From: a virus
DNA length: 64,000 bases
Direction: 5' to 3' (one strand)
IMG/VR virus record: IMGVR_UViG_3300007514_000005
Coordinates: 1-64,000 of that record
Shown: piece after piece, positions 9,801 to 17,873 of the stretch
Layout: every line of letters begins with the position of its first letter
Numbering within the stretch: the stretch's first letter is position 1
Notes under the pieces: generated by a model
Told to the model about the DNA's origin: nothing
Database searches by the model: none
Seen by the model: the letters and a program-made list of their open reading frames with translations, nothing else
Made by a program: the position numbers and the translations under genes

Positions 9801-12743
9801 GATACTGATAACGCATACGATTTAGGTTCTTCTAGTGCTGAATTCAGAAATGGTTATTTTGACGGAACATTGTATTGTGATGGAATAGATTTGCAAGGCA
9901 ACATTACCGCGCCTAACTCAGATATTACCATAACAGGTGGTGGGCCTCAAGCAGATAGAGCACACATTAAATTACCTAATGCAACAACCGGAACGCTTCA
10001 GATAATGGGAAATTCCTTACAAAATTCTAACATAGACATTGATACCCGTTATTCATCAGGCACAGGACAAATTAGACTCAAAACTAAAGGCTCAACAAGA
10101 TTCGCTGTTGGTGCAGATGGAGACTTACTAATTGGTGGAAGTGCGGCAGGTTCTTCCGGTCAGGTATTGACTTCCGGTGGTAGTGGGTCTGCACCCTCTT
10201 GGGCTACTCCGAGTGGTAGTCCGGGCGGAAGTGATACTCAATTGCAATATAACAACGGTGGCGCTTTTGGTGGAATAACAGGTGTGACTTATGATGACTC
10301 CAATGGTAGGTTATTCTTAGACTCTACAAGAGTAGTTATTGGTGGGTCTGCTAATTATGCTAATGGTCTTACAGTAAATGATGAAGCACAAATGCGAAAT
10401 ACAGTCAAGTTTGCTGACGGTTCTGCTTCTGCCCCTTCTATTACTCGATGGAATAATGGTGATGATAATACAGGTATTTACTTTGTTAATCCTGATGTAA
10501 TAGGCTTTACAACAGGCGGCACTTCAAGAATGACTATTGCGGCTGATGGAACGGTAAATATCACAGGTTCTTTGACTGTTCAGGGGTCTTCTGTTGGTGG
10601 CGCAAGCGCACTTACCGACCTTTCTGATGCGCTCGTAGAAAATAATTCGGTTTGGGTTGGCTCACCCCCTTCTGCAACAAACGGAGCAAGCGATAACACC
10701 GCCATTGGAAAAGGGGCGCTAGATAGTCTCACGACAGGCGACTATAACACGGCAGTCGGAAGGCACGCGCTGAGCGCGGTGACTAGCGGTAATTACAATG
10801 TCGCGCTCGGTTGGTATGCCGCTTCAGAACATAGCACAAGCACAGAAGGTATAGTCGCTATTGGACATAGTGCCGGAAAAACATCAACCGCAAACGGAAA
10901 TGTTCTAGTAGGTCATAGGGCTTTGGAAAACGATTCTTCGGGTGGTTCAAACATCGTCATCGGACATTGGGCGGCGCAACAAACCGAAAATATGTGGACG
11001 AGCGTGTATTTAGGATATTTCGCAGGATATGGTAATTCTTCTACAAGCAATACAGGGGATAGCAACATCGGTATTGGATACGAAGCACATCGAAACCACA
11101 CTACCGGAAGTAGCAATATCGCCATCGGTAAAGCAAGTCTAAAGCAAGCGACTACCGGAACAAGAAATATCGCCATTGGTGAGGGCGCACTAGAAATGCC
11201 CAACACCGAGAATGATAACCTAGCCATCGGTATTGATGCTATGGGTGGTGGCGTCTCAGGTGGAGAATATAATGTAAGCGTTGGTAATTACTCCGGTGGT
11301 GCAAACGCTCTCAACAACCTTTCTGCTGATGAGTCGGTCTTTGTTGGATACAAGGCCGGAAATAAGGTGGAGAGTGGTGGATATAGCACTATGATTGGTG
11401 CGTATGCGGGTCAAGAGGTGACTACGGGTAATTCCCATGTTCTCATAGGAAGAGAAGCAGGACAAAAATTAACTACGAGTAGTGGAGTAGTCGCTATTGG
11501 TTATAATTCAGGTAGATTTGCAACGGGCGCAAATAACACCTTTGTAGGTTATGGGGCAGGAAAGAGAGGAACAGAAGGTAGTAGTCAATCTAACACAGTA
11601 GTAGGATATAACGCTTTGCAAAGCAATTATGGTAATCAAAATACAATAATGGGTAGTCAAGCAGGTATCTTCATTACATCTTCTATGAATACAATCATAG
11701 GAAATAACGCCGGAAGAAACCTAACTTCTGATGCTAACACGGCAGTAGGGTCTGATGCTCTTAACGCCGCTCAAGGTGCTGAAAGAAACACAGCAATAGG
11801 ATACGGTTCATTGGATACATTGAGCACGGGAGACAAGAACACCGCTTTGGGATACAAGAGCGGAGACGCAATGAATACGGGGTCGCATAACATCACTATC
11901 GGAAATGAGGCCGGAGATAATATCACGAGCGGTTCAGGAAATGTGGTAATCGGAAAGGCTGATGTATCAAGTGCAACAGGCAACGACCAATTATCTATCT
12001 CTTCGGGTGACGGAGATGTGACTTGGCTCACAGGAACAAGCGCAGGTGTAGTGGATATTCCCGGCTCTTTGACGGTAGCAGGTGCGTCTGTTGGTGGTGC
12101 TTCTTCTGCCCATGTGATTAAGACTGCGGGTGTAAATTGGTATGGTAGTCAGCAGGCTGATATACGACTTACTTCCCTTCCACCATACGGTGTGAAGGCT
12201 ATGACTACTTTCACTTTCAGCACTTCAGGAGATTACGATAAACCTATCTTCTTCCCCTTCGTTGCTCCAAAGACGGGCAACCTTAGCAGGATGAATTCGT
12301 ATGCTCATAGCGGCGCAACAGGACTAAATTTGCTTGTTGCAGTTTATAGCGACCACAACGGATACCCCGCTTCACTACTTTTCAAAGGAACAATGGATTG
12401 GTCGAGTGGTGGGAATAAAACCATTACATCATTCACAGACGCAAGCGGCAACAGCGTCACTCCTTCTTTAACGAAGGACACCCAATACCATGTAGGTTGG
12501 GTTAGAGACGACAACGGTGTGGCTTACACGGCCTATGTCTCAAATGGGCAATACGGCCCTTCTTCCGGTCTTAACTTGAACATGGCCGAAGCGTATGTGG
12601 GTGTATCAGACACCATTGGGCAGTATGGGGGGTCAAGCAATGTGTTGGCTACTTCCTACAATAGTGGAAGCCCCGATTGGGATGATTTCACTTATTTCAA
12701 TGCGTCTGTTAAGCCGATTAACTTTGGAATTAAATACGCATGA
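6852..12743 (+). CDS. Large fibre/adhesin protein (1963 aa)
   Basis: Three copies of DEDNMA...YVDAEVAG.VDSAP.ALNTLNELAAALGDDANY, GQVL...W linkers and a long N(T/V)A(I/V)G beta-roll region; followed by a fibre chaperone. Confidence 0.85.
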   Translation: MARNRKLQNRIGTQHITDEAEASIAAQATITDEQIEDVVGGMLDGTETFIAVSYDDTDGNLDFVVATKDEDNMASNSSTHLPTQQSVKTYVDAEVAGIVDSAPAALNTLNELAAALGDDANYATTTTTALGNRLRVDTASQGLSSTQQSNALTNLGITASKAEINILDNGLSAGDIPSLATSKITSGTFSTAFIADDAITAGKLAVSGNGSTAQFLRSDGDGSFSWAVPVDTTYSVGDGGLTQRNFTSTLKDKLDSVAMNANNYSLSSDLLDEDNMASNSATKVATQQSIKAYVDAEVAGVVDSAPSALNTLNELAAALGDDANYATTTSTALGNRLRVDTASQGLNGTQQSNARTNLGLGTAATLSGTGAVANGNAGLVTGDTVYDYIAAQGTFGGLSAVVGDTTPELGGDLDVQARKIYTSTSNGDITLEPKDKVIVKTGTSGNDGYLQILGDGNNADAKLRFTNGTYGCNIILVRTQPNTLKIEGSSSFKFDCRTSTSGMTFPDGTTQNTAATSLTLLDEDNMATNSATAAASQQSIKAYVDAEVAGIVDSAPSALNTLNELAAALGDDANYAATTTTALGQKLVKASNLSDLTNAGTARTNLGLGAAAVKAVATDGAGGVADGEAGLVTGNAVYDYVAANGGDSNAGAANGSASAPAFSFSGDNDTGMYYKSNNTLGFATGGTFRMSIDNNGHLLGLNNLHIAGWGSYSYPAITMGGDTDTGIGADGANGLFIGTGGSPRVKIQGDVVDFVNSKIKLGGSYGSDGQVLTSTGSGVAWENASGGISDIVSDTSPQLGGNLDTQGYYIQSSTSNKTVIKPGAGSGNPQVSIGDDSNNPGILRVGSNGVDNALPLAVSVKNSSNSAQQTAAYFLAGNQHSSARAAGFGPKIEFRASSGTQYSGQVSATIGTKQIGTGESANHDLHLEAGGTGKIRFNDEFSFPAADGSSGQVLQTDGSGTLSWATAGGGDSWGTAVDAHIIPDTDNAYDLGSSSAEFRNGYFDGTLYCDGIDLQGNITAPNSDITITGGGPQADRAHIKLPNATTGTLQIMGNSLQNSNIDIDTRYSSGTGQIRLKTKGSTRFAVGADGDLLIGGSAAGSSGQVLTSGGSGSAPSWATPSGSPGGSDTQLQYNNGGAFGGITGVTYDDSNGRLFLDSTRVVIGGSANYANGLTVNDEAQMRNTVKFADGSASAPSITRWNNGDDNTGIYFVNPDVIGFTTGGTSRMTIAADGTVNITGSLTVQGSSVGGASALTDLSDALVENNSVWVGSPPSATNGASDNTAIGKGALDSLTTGDYNTAVGRHALSAVTSGNYNVALGWYAASEHSTSTEGIVAIGHSAGKTSTANGNVLVGHRALENDSSGGSNIVIGHWAAQQTENMWTSVYLGYFAGYGNSSTSNTGDSNIGIGYEAHRNHTTGSSNIAIGKASLKQATTGTRNIAIGEGALEMPNTENDNLAIGIDAMGGGVSGGEYNVSVGNYSGGANALNNLSADESVFVGYKAGNKVESGGYSTMIGAYAGQEVTTGNSHVLIGREAGQKLTTSSGVVAIGYNSGRFATGANNTFVGYGAGKRGTEGSSQSNTVVGYNALQSNYGNQNTIMGSQAGIFITSSMNTIIGNNAGRNLTSDANTAVGSDALNAAQGAERNTAIGYGSLDTLSTGDKNTALGYKSGDAMNTGSHNITIGNEAGDNITSGSGNVVIGKADVSSATGNDQLSISSGDGDVTWLTGTSAGVVDIPGSLTVAGASVGGASSAHVIKTAGVNWYGSQQADIRLTSLPPYGVKAMTTFTFSTSGDYDKPIFFPFVAPKTGNLSRMNSYAHSGATGLNLLVAVYSDHNGYPASLLFKGTMDWSSGGNKTITSFTDASGNSVTPSLTKDTQYHVGWVRDDNGVAYTAYVSNGQYGPSSGLNLNMAEAYVGVSDTIGQYGGSSNVLATSYNSGSPDWDDFTYFNASVKPINFGIKYA
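7055..8600 (+). repeat. Three in-frame ~60-90 aa repeats within the fibre gene
   Basis: Copies at ~7055, ~7665 and ~8415; near-identical protein, diverged at synonymous sites. Confidence 0.85.
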
Positions 12744-12752
12744 GGTGATTAG

Positions 12753-13040
12753 ATGACTAAGGATTTTAGGAAATGGACTACTATTAACGAAAATGGTGAG
12801 AAAGAAGAGAAGTATGAAGACGCCACTTGGGAATTAGTGCGTGCGCGTAGGAATACTATGTTGGATATAACAGACCATTTGATAGGCAACCAATGGGATA
12901 GGCTAACTGAACAACAGCAGACAGACTTGAAGGCCTTTAGGCAGACGCTTAGAGATGCGCCGGAAGGACATGATAACGCCAATGACGCTTGTGATGCAAT
13001 GCCGGAGATTCCTCATTGGGTAGTATTACTACTTGGCTAA
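12753..13040 (+). CDS. Fibre assembly chaperone
   Basis: WELVRARRNTML..TD...LKAFRQTLRDAP pattern of phage tail assembly chaperones. Confidence 0.8.
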   Translation: MTKDFRKWTTINENGEKEEKYEDATWELVRARRNTMLDITDHLIGNQWDRLTEQQQTDLKAFRQTLRDAPEGHDNANDACDAMPEIPHWVVLLLG

Positions 13041-13079
13041 CCGTAATAGATAAACGACACTCCTTCTATACTCTTACGC

Positions 13080-13976
13080 ATGAGCGAAGACGATGAAAGT
13101 ATAATCACGGTCTTGAATACTCGATTCCAAGAATTGAGAACGCTTATGATTACTATTGGGTCTATACTTGCTATGTTAGTGGCGGGCATAAATCAAGCGG
13201 GAATGATTGATTTTTGGAATGATGGTGGCGGTGATGAACCCGTTGTCTGCGAACCTGATTGGGAATTCGTTGTTGATTACTATGTGATAGAATATGATTT
13301 ATTGATGAATATGAGAGTGTCGGATATATCATTGTGTAATGAAGTGCATTCTCTTGAATACTATATCGCTATGAATGAATACGAATTTGTAGAGGATAGC
13401 GACCAATTCCGCAATACATACATATTTTCGCACACAATAGAGGATATAGAAGAAGGAACACATCATGTATATGTTGAGGTTCTAAATGGAACAATCAATC
13501 TACACGAAGAATTTGTGTTTGACTTTGAATTTGACGAGAATGAGCACGAAAATGCAGTATATGGTTGCACAGACCCCATAGCATTGAATTATGATGAAGA
13601 GGCTACACACGATGATGGGTCTTGTGAATACGAACAAGAAGAAGAAGAAATAACAGAAGATTGCTTAGCAATGTTCTATGATACGCACGCATACAAGAAC
13701 AACACTACCATTTACACAGATTTTGATGTAGATTTTTCATGTAAAGCAAATATCACGATTACAGTAAATGTGGTGATTTTGTCTTACGATAATGAAACAG
13801 ATACCAAAGAGATAATTGGTAATCAAAGCCTAACATACGAAACTTATCATTATGATTGGGATTATCGCTTTTTGGATTTCTACAACCTTACTCAACCGGA
13901 AGAAACAGACTTGGAAGTATTATTCCGTGTCTATCATCAAGACGAAATAGATGATATGACTACGGTGTGGGTCTGA
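13080..13976 (+). CDS. Acidic membrane-anchored surface protein
   Basis: N-terminal TM, highly acidic, YGCTDPIALNYDEEATHDDGSCEY motif, AT-rich. Confidence 0.7.
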   Translation: MSEDDESIITVLNTRFQELRTLMITIGSILAMLVAGINQAGMIDFWNDGGGDEPVVCEPDWEFVVDYYVIEYDLLMNMRVSDISLCNEVHSLEYYIAMNEYEFVEDSDQFRNTYIFSHTIEDIEEGTHHVYVEVLNGTINLHEEFVFDFEFDENEHENAVYGCTDPIALNYDEEATHDDGSCEYEQEEEEITEDCLAMFYDTHAYKNNTTIYTDFDVDFSCKANITITVNVVILSYDNETDTKEIIGNQSLTYETYHYDWDYRFLDFYNLTQPEETDLEVLFRVYHQDEIDDMTTVWV

Positions 13977-14344
13977 TGAGAGGGCAAGAATTAACACAAG
14001 TCCTTTTGGCTACTTTACTTGTTGGTATGGCTACTGTTGGTAGTGGTGGATACATAGGTAGTATAACAGATAATGTATCCTTCACTTGCCGTGATGTAGA
14101 AGGGGAAGTAGTATGGAAAGACCATTCTGAGGGTTGGTTCAAAATTTATGTGACGCTGTATAACGACAGTATTAGTGGTGATGGACAAAGCGACTATTCC
14201 GTATATGTTGGGCCGGATACTTATGATAGATACCAAATAGGGGATACATACACAGAACAGATGTGTGATGTAGAAGCGCACAATGAATTTAAGCAATTCT
14301 TACAAGACTTGCTAGATGCGGGGCTTTTGGAGCAAGGTTCATAA
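13967..14344 (+). CDS. Small secreted/membrane-anchored protein
   Basis: N-terminal hydrophobic segment, beta-rich body with two Cys. Confidence 0.6.
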   Translation: MGLMRGQELTQVLLATLLVGMATVGSGGYIGSITDNVSFTCRDVEGEVVWKDHSEGWFKIYVTLYNDSISGDGQSDYSVYVGPDTYDRYQIGDTYTEQMCDVEAHNEFKQFLQDLLDAGLLEQGS

Positions 14345-14367
14345 ATCATCAAGGCTGTTTAGTGCTT

Positions 14368-15681
14368 ATGTCGTGCGACTGTAAGTGTGATTCCGAAGAG
14401 GAAATTATCGAAGAAGCGGCTTTCAAGACCTGTGAGGTATGTGCTACCAAGTCTTCATGTAAAGAAAAGAATTCCTGTAAGGAGTCTTATTCAGCAGTAA
14501 TGCTATCAGCAGACGAAGAAGACACTTGCCCTGTTGGAGAAGAAATGATAGACGGCGAGTGCAAAAAGGTAGCAGTCAGTATTGAATTAGAGATTGACGA
14601 CATGAAAGCCATTGTTGAAGCCACTACCGGAGATACTATCATAGAAATTCGTGGTGTAGCATTCCATGAAGGTATGAACAAGAATAATTGGGCATTAACC
14701 GCAGAAGGCGCACGAGCGCTAGTCACACAGATGGAAGGTGCAGACCTAACACTAAATCACCCCGAAGCCTCAGAACACGGCACGGGCTTTACACGAAACA
14801 TGGATGGTGGAGTAGAAGAAGCAGTAGTCGGTTATATCAAAGCGGCAGATTTCTATACAACCCCTAGCGGTGGATATGAAGTCCGTTATATCGCTCATGT
14901 GCTAAGACCTGAATTATTTGAGGCTCTTGAATCCGGCCTTTGGTCGAGAGAAGAGTATGGAGTAAGTATCGGTGGTTCAGGTGTGCCTGTAAGAGCAGAC
15001 GAAGATGGAATTCTATTTGGGGAAGACTTTACTTTCGACCATTTGGCTATCGTGCATAAGCCTGCTTATGAGCGGGCGACCATTGAAAATGTGCGTAGAA
15101 TAGAAAAACCCGTTGAAATGGAAGCAAGGTTTATATCTCATTCAAACCGTGAGGATATTAGAACAACCGAAGAGATGGTGAGTGCAATGACCGAAGAGAC
15201 AATTGATACATCAGAAATGGAGAACGAAATAGAGACTCTAAAGGCTGACCTTGTGTTGGCTTCATCCCGCGTAGCGGAGTTTGAGGCGGCTGAGGCTGAG
15301 CGCATTGAGTCCGACAGAATGACTCTCGTGGAGAAGGCTACCGAAATGGGTATGTCCGGCCACGATGATTTGAAGGCTGAGACCCTAGAGACACTAATTG
15401 CGTCTTGGTCTGAGGCTCACCCTGACCCAACCCCTGTGGTTATGGAGTCCGTAGAGGCTGTGACTGACGAAGATGAGACAGTCGAGACCCCTGCTGTGGC
15501 TTCCGAGACCCCAAGAGCGGTTGTCGCAAACTACCTAAATGGTAAGATTGTCGAGTCCGATGAGGACATTTACGCTCGTGCTTGGAACGCATGGGCAAAG
15601 GCATGGAACGGAACACTTGCAATTGATGAGAAGGCAAGAATGTCCGCCCCAACATACGATGAACTAAAGGAGATGAACTAA
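14368..15681 (+). CDS. Prohead protease with Cys-rich N-terminus and C-terminal scaffold
   Basis: LTLNHP, YGVSIG and FDHLAIVHKPAY motifs of HK97-type maturation proteases; acidic coiled-coil C-terminus; upstream of MCP. Confidence 0.8.
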   Translation: MSCDCKCDSEEEIIEEAAFKTCEVCATKSSCKEKNSCKESYSAVMLSADEEDTCPVGEEMIDGECKKVAVSIELEIDDMKAIVEATTGDTIIEIRGVAFHEGMNKNNWALTAEGARALVTQMEGADLTLNHPEASEHGTGFTRNMDGGVEEAVVGYIKAADFYTTPSGGYEVRYIAHVLRPELFEALESGLWSREEYGVSIGGSGVPVRADEDGILFGEDFTFDHLAIVHKPAYERATIENVRRIEKPVEMEARFISHSNREDIRTTEEMVSAMTEETIDTSEMENEIETLKADLVLASSRVAEFEAAEAERIESDRMTLVEKATEMGMSGHDDLKAETLETLIASWSEAHPDPTPVVMESVEAVTDEDETVETPAVASETPRAVVANYLNGKIVESDEDIYARAWNAWAKAWNGTLAIDEKARMSAPTYDELKEMN

Positions 15682-15682
15682 G

Positions 15683-16078
15683 ATGGCCGCACTAAATGAA
15701 ACAAGAAATGCAACAATCGGCGAAGCAAGCATGGCTTCGCAAGGACTACTCGTAATGTATCACGCTGACGGTGTTAAGAAAACCGCCGCAGTCACAGACA
15801 TTGCTGTTGGCGTCACCGCCGCCGAGTCTTCAAGAGACGCTGAGGGCGCACTTGAGGGAAGCGGAGTCGGAACAGTCGCAGTTTATCCTCTAAGCGGAAT
15901 TGTCTATGTTAAGAGCATGGCTATCACCGCCGCAAAATTCGGAATGCCCCTTTATGTGGGAACAACCGATGGATATGTAGATGATTCTTCCTCAAACAGC
16001 GCAGTCAAGATGGGATACTACGCAGGTGAGAACATGGCTATTACAGCAGGAGACCTAGTGCCGTTGTTCTGTCTTTGA
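15683..16078 (+). CDS. Capsid decoration/cement protein
   Basis: 131 aa, Ala/Gly-rich beta protein between protease and MCP. Confidence 0.65.
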   Translation: MAALNETRNATIGEASMASQGLLVMYHADGVKKTAAVTDIAVGVTAAESSRDAEGALEGSGVGTVAVYPLSGIVYVKSMAITAAKFGMPLYVGTTDGYVDDSSSNSAVKMGYYAGENMAITAGDLVPLFCL

Positions 16079-16105
16079 GCAATAAATAGGAAATGAATAC
16101 AGGAG

Positions 16106-17029
16106 ATGAAAAATATGGCTAACGAAACATTGGAACAGATATTAAATGTAAGTGCCGCAGACGGGCCGTTCTCGGTCGGAGATGCGGTTCTTGAGCAGAC
16201 TCTTAGAGACTTCATTCAATTGCAGTCTAACACAATCGCAATCGCTACTGACCTAGTCGGTGTGCGCTCAGTAAATTGGCTTGAATTCAAGTGGTATTCG
16301 GGAATTACCGGAACATTTGATTGGCCTTTGGATGATGTAGCACTAACTGACCCAACAAAGGTAGGAACAGAAAACTACACCACAAAATTGGAGAAGGGTC
16401 AGGGTCGTGTGACCTTCCTAGACGCTGTGAGACTACGCGGCGAGTCATGGGAGAACATTGACCGACAGCAATTGGCTATCGTCCGCGCTCGCGCTGATGT
16501 AATAGACAACACCATTCTAAAGGCTCTAGTAGCAGGTAGCGGAAACACCGATATTGCGGCTACACAGACCTTCGGACACGCTTCCGCAGACGAGGAAGGA
16601 GACCTACTAAAGTGTATGGATTCAATCTTCGCTAACGGTAAGGTATCAGGCAACGAGCCTCTTGCTCTAGTCCTTCCTGCCGACAAGAGAAGCGCTATCC
16701 TCAACACAACCCTTTACGGAAATGTTGTTGAGTCGCTAGGCGACCACTTGGCTCGCATTGCTTCACTACGAATCTACTACACCCGTGATTACGGAACAGG
16801 CGGCGCAATCGGCAACGATGCACTAATGCTAATTCCGGGCGCTGAGACTGCTGAATTCTTCACCTACAACGGTGAGGGCTTCACCGAGACCGAATTAACA
16901 CGAATTCCGGGTCTAGGTTATGATTGGCTACTCACTTCCTACATGGGAACGGTTATCCACGAACACCAAGATGGTGCGGCGAGCGGCAAGAACAACAGAA
17001 TGGTTAAACTAACAGGCGTGCGCTCTTGA
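16106..17029 (+). CDS. Major capsid protein (HK97 fold)
   Basis: Position after protease and decoration genes, strong SD (AGGAG), biased codons, ARADVIDNTILKAL spine-helix-like segment. Confidence 0.8.
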   Translation: MKNMANETLEQILNVSAADGPFSVGDAVLEQTLRDFIQLQSNTIAIATDLVGVRSVNWLEFKWYSGITGTFDWPLDDVALTDPTKVGTENYTTKLEKGQGRVTFLDAVRLRGESWENIDRQQLAIVRARADVIDNTILKALVAGSGNTDIAATQTFGHASADEEGDLLKCMDSIFANGKVSGNEPLALVLPADKRSAILNTTLYGNVVESLGDHLARIASLRIYYTRDYGTGGAIGNDALMLIPGAETAEFFTYNGEGFTETELTRIPGLGYDWLLTSYMGTVIHEHQDGAASGKNNRMVKLTGVRS

Positions 17030-17046
17030 TTAGGAGCGTGGATTAA

Positions 17047-17427
17047 ATGCCTGAAAAGAAGAAAACCACTTCTAAGAAGTCTGCCCCCAAGAAGAAAACT
17101 TCTTCTAAGGCGGCGCTTGCTAAGAAACTTAAGGATGCAGGGCTTACTGTGCCGGAAGGTGCAGATGCTAAAGAGATGGAACACCGTCTTAAGCATTATA
17201 CCGACTTGGATACAGCAGGATACAATGTTAGACTCTTTAGGGGATGGGGTAGTGAGTATTCCGAGCACCCTATCTCAAAACTAACAGACCGTAAGGCAAT
17301 GTATTGGCTTCCCCCATCAGCATTTGCTGAGGAAATAGTGCAGACCAAGATGGTAGCAGTAGTTAAGCGTGGGCTACCCTTACATAACGCTATCGTCATA
17401 GATGTTCCCGTAGGATACGGGGAGTAA
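17047..17427 (+). CDS. Hypothetical protein with Lys-rich N-terminus
   Basis: 126-aa ORF directly after MCP. Confidence 0.65.
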   Translation: MPEKKKTTSKKSAPKKKTSSKAALAKKLKDAGLTVPEGADAKEMEHRLKHYTDLDTAGYNVRLFRGWGSEYSEHPISKLTDRKAMYWLPPSAFAEEIVQTKMVAVVKRGLPLHNAIVIDVPVGYGE

Positions 17428-17431
17428 TTGA

Positions 17432-17863
17432 ATGGCGGTCACTACGGCTCAGATTCGTGATTTACTAAACAGGCCGAGAGGCTTGACTGAAAACACTATT
17501 TCTGAGTATATTACTATCCGCACGGCGGAAGTAGATAAGAAGTCAAGACAGTCAGGTTATGTAGGAGTCACAGATAACGCACCTACTACTACCCTGAAAG
17601 AATCGGCAATTAAGATGCTTGTTTGTGTTGATTGCCTAAGAGTCCTCATAGATACCATACACGCTATTGTTCCTGAAAAAGAAAAGGGTGCTATGGATAT
17701 TCGCTTTGCTAAGCAGTTATCTTCTTTTGAGAAGTCTGCTAGAGATGCTATGTCGGCGATAGAAGAGAAGAGTGCAACGGCTTTCAAGGTGAAGGCCACT
17801 ACAACGAGAGTGGGCGGCACAACAGGTGCGCAATTAAGTGGTAATCTACACTCCGTTAAGTGA
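17432..17863 (+). CDS. Putative head-tail adaptor
   Basis: 143 aa helical; MAVTTAQIRDLL start resembles gp6/gp15-type adaptors; position. Confidence 0.55.
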   Translation: MAVTTAQIRDLLNRPRGLTENTISEYITIRTAEVDKKSRQSGYVGVTDNAPTTTLKESAIKMLVCVDCLRVLIDTIHAIVPEKEKGAMDIRFAKQLSSFEKSARDAMSAIEEKSATAFKVKATTTRVGGTTGAQLSGNLHSVK

Positions 17864-17873
17864 GGTGTAGAAT

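Larger units (their letters stand above)
6358..14348 (+). promoter_or_regulatory. Late promoter-like motif (G/C)ATAAA(T/C)(C/G)A
   Basis: At 6358, 6822, 13049 and 14340, starting 28-31 nt before ATGs at 6386, 6852, 13080 and 14368. Confidence 0.65.
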
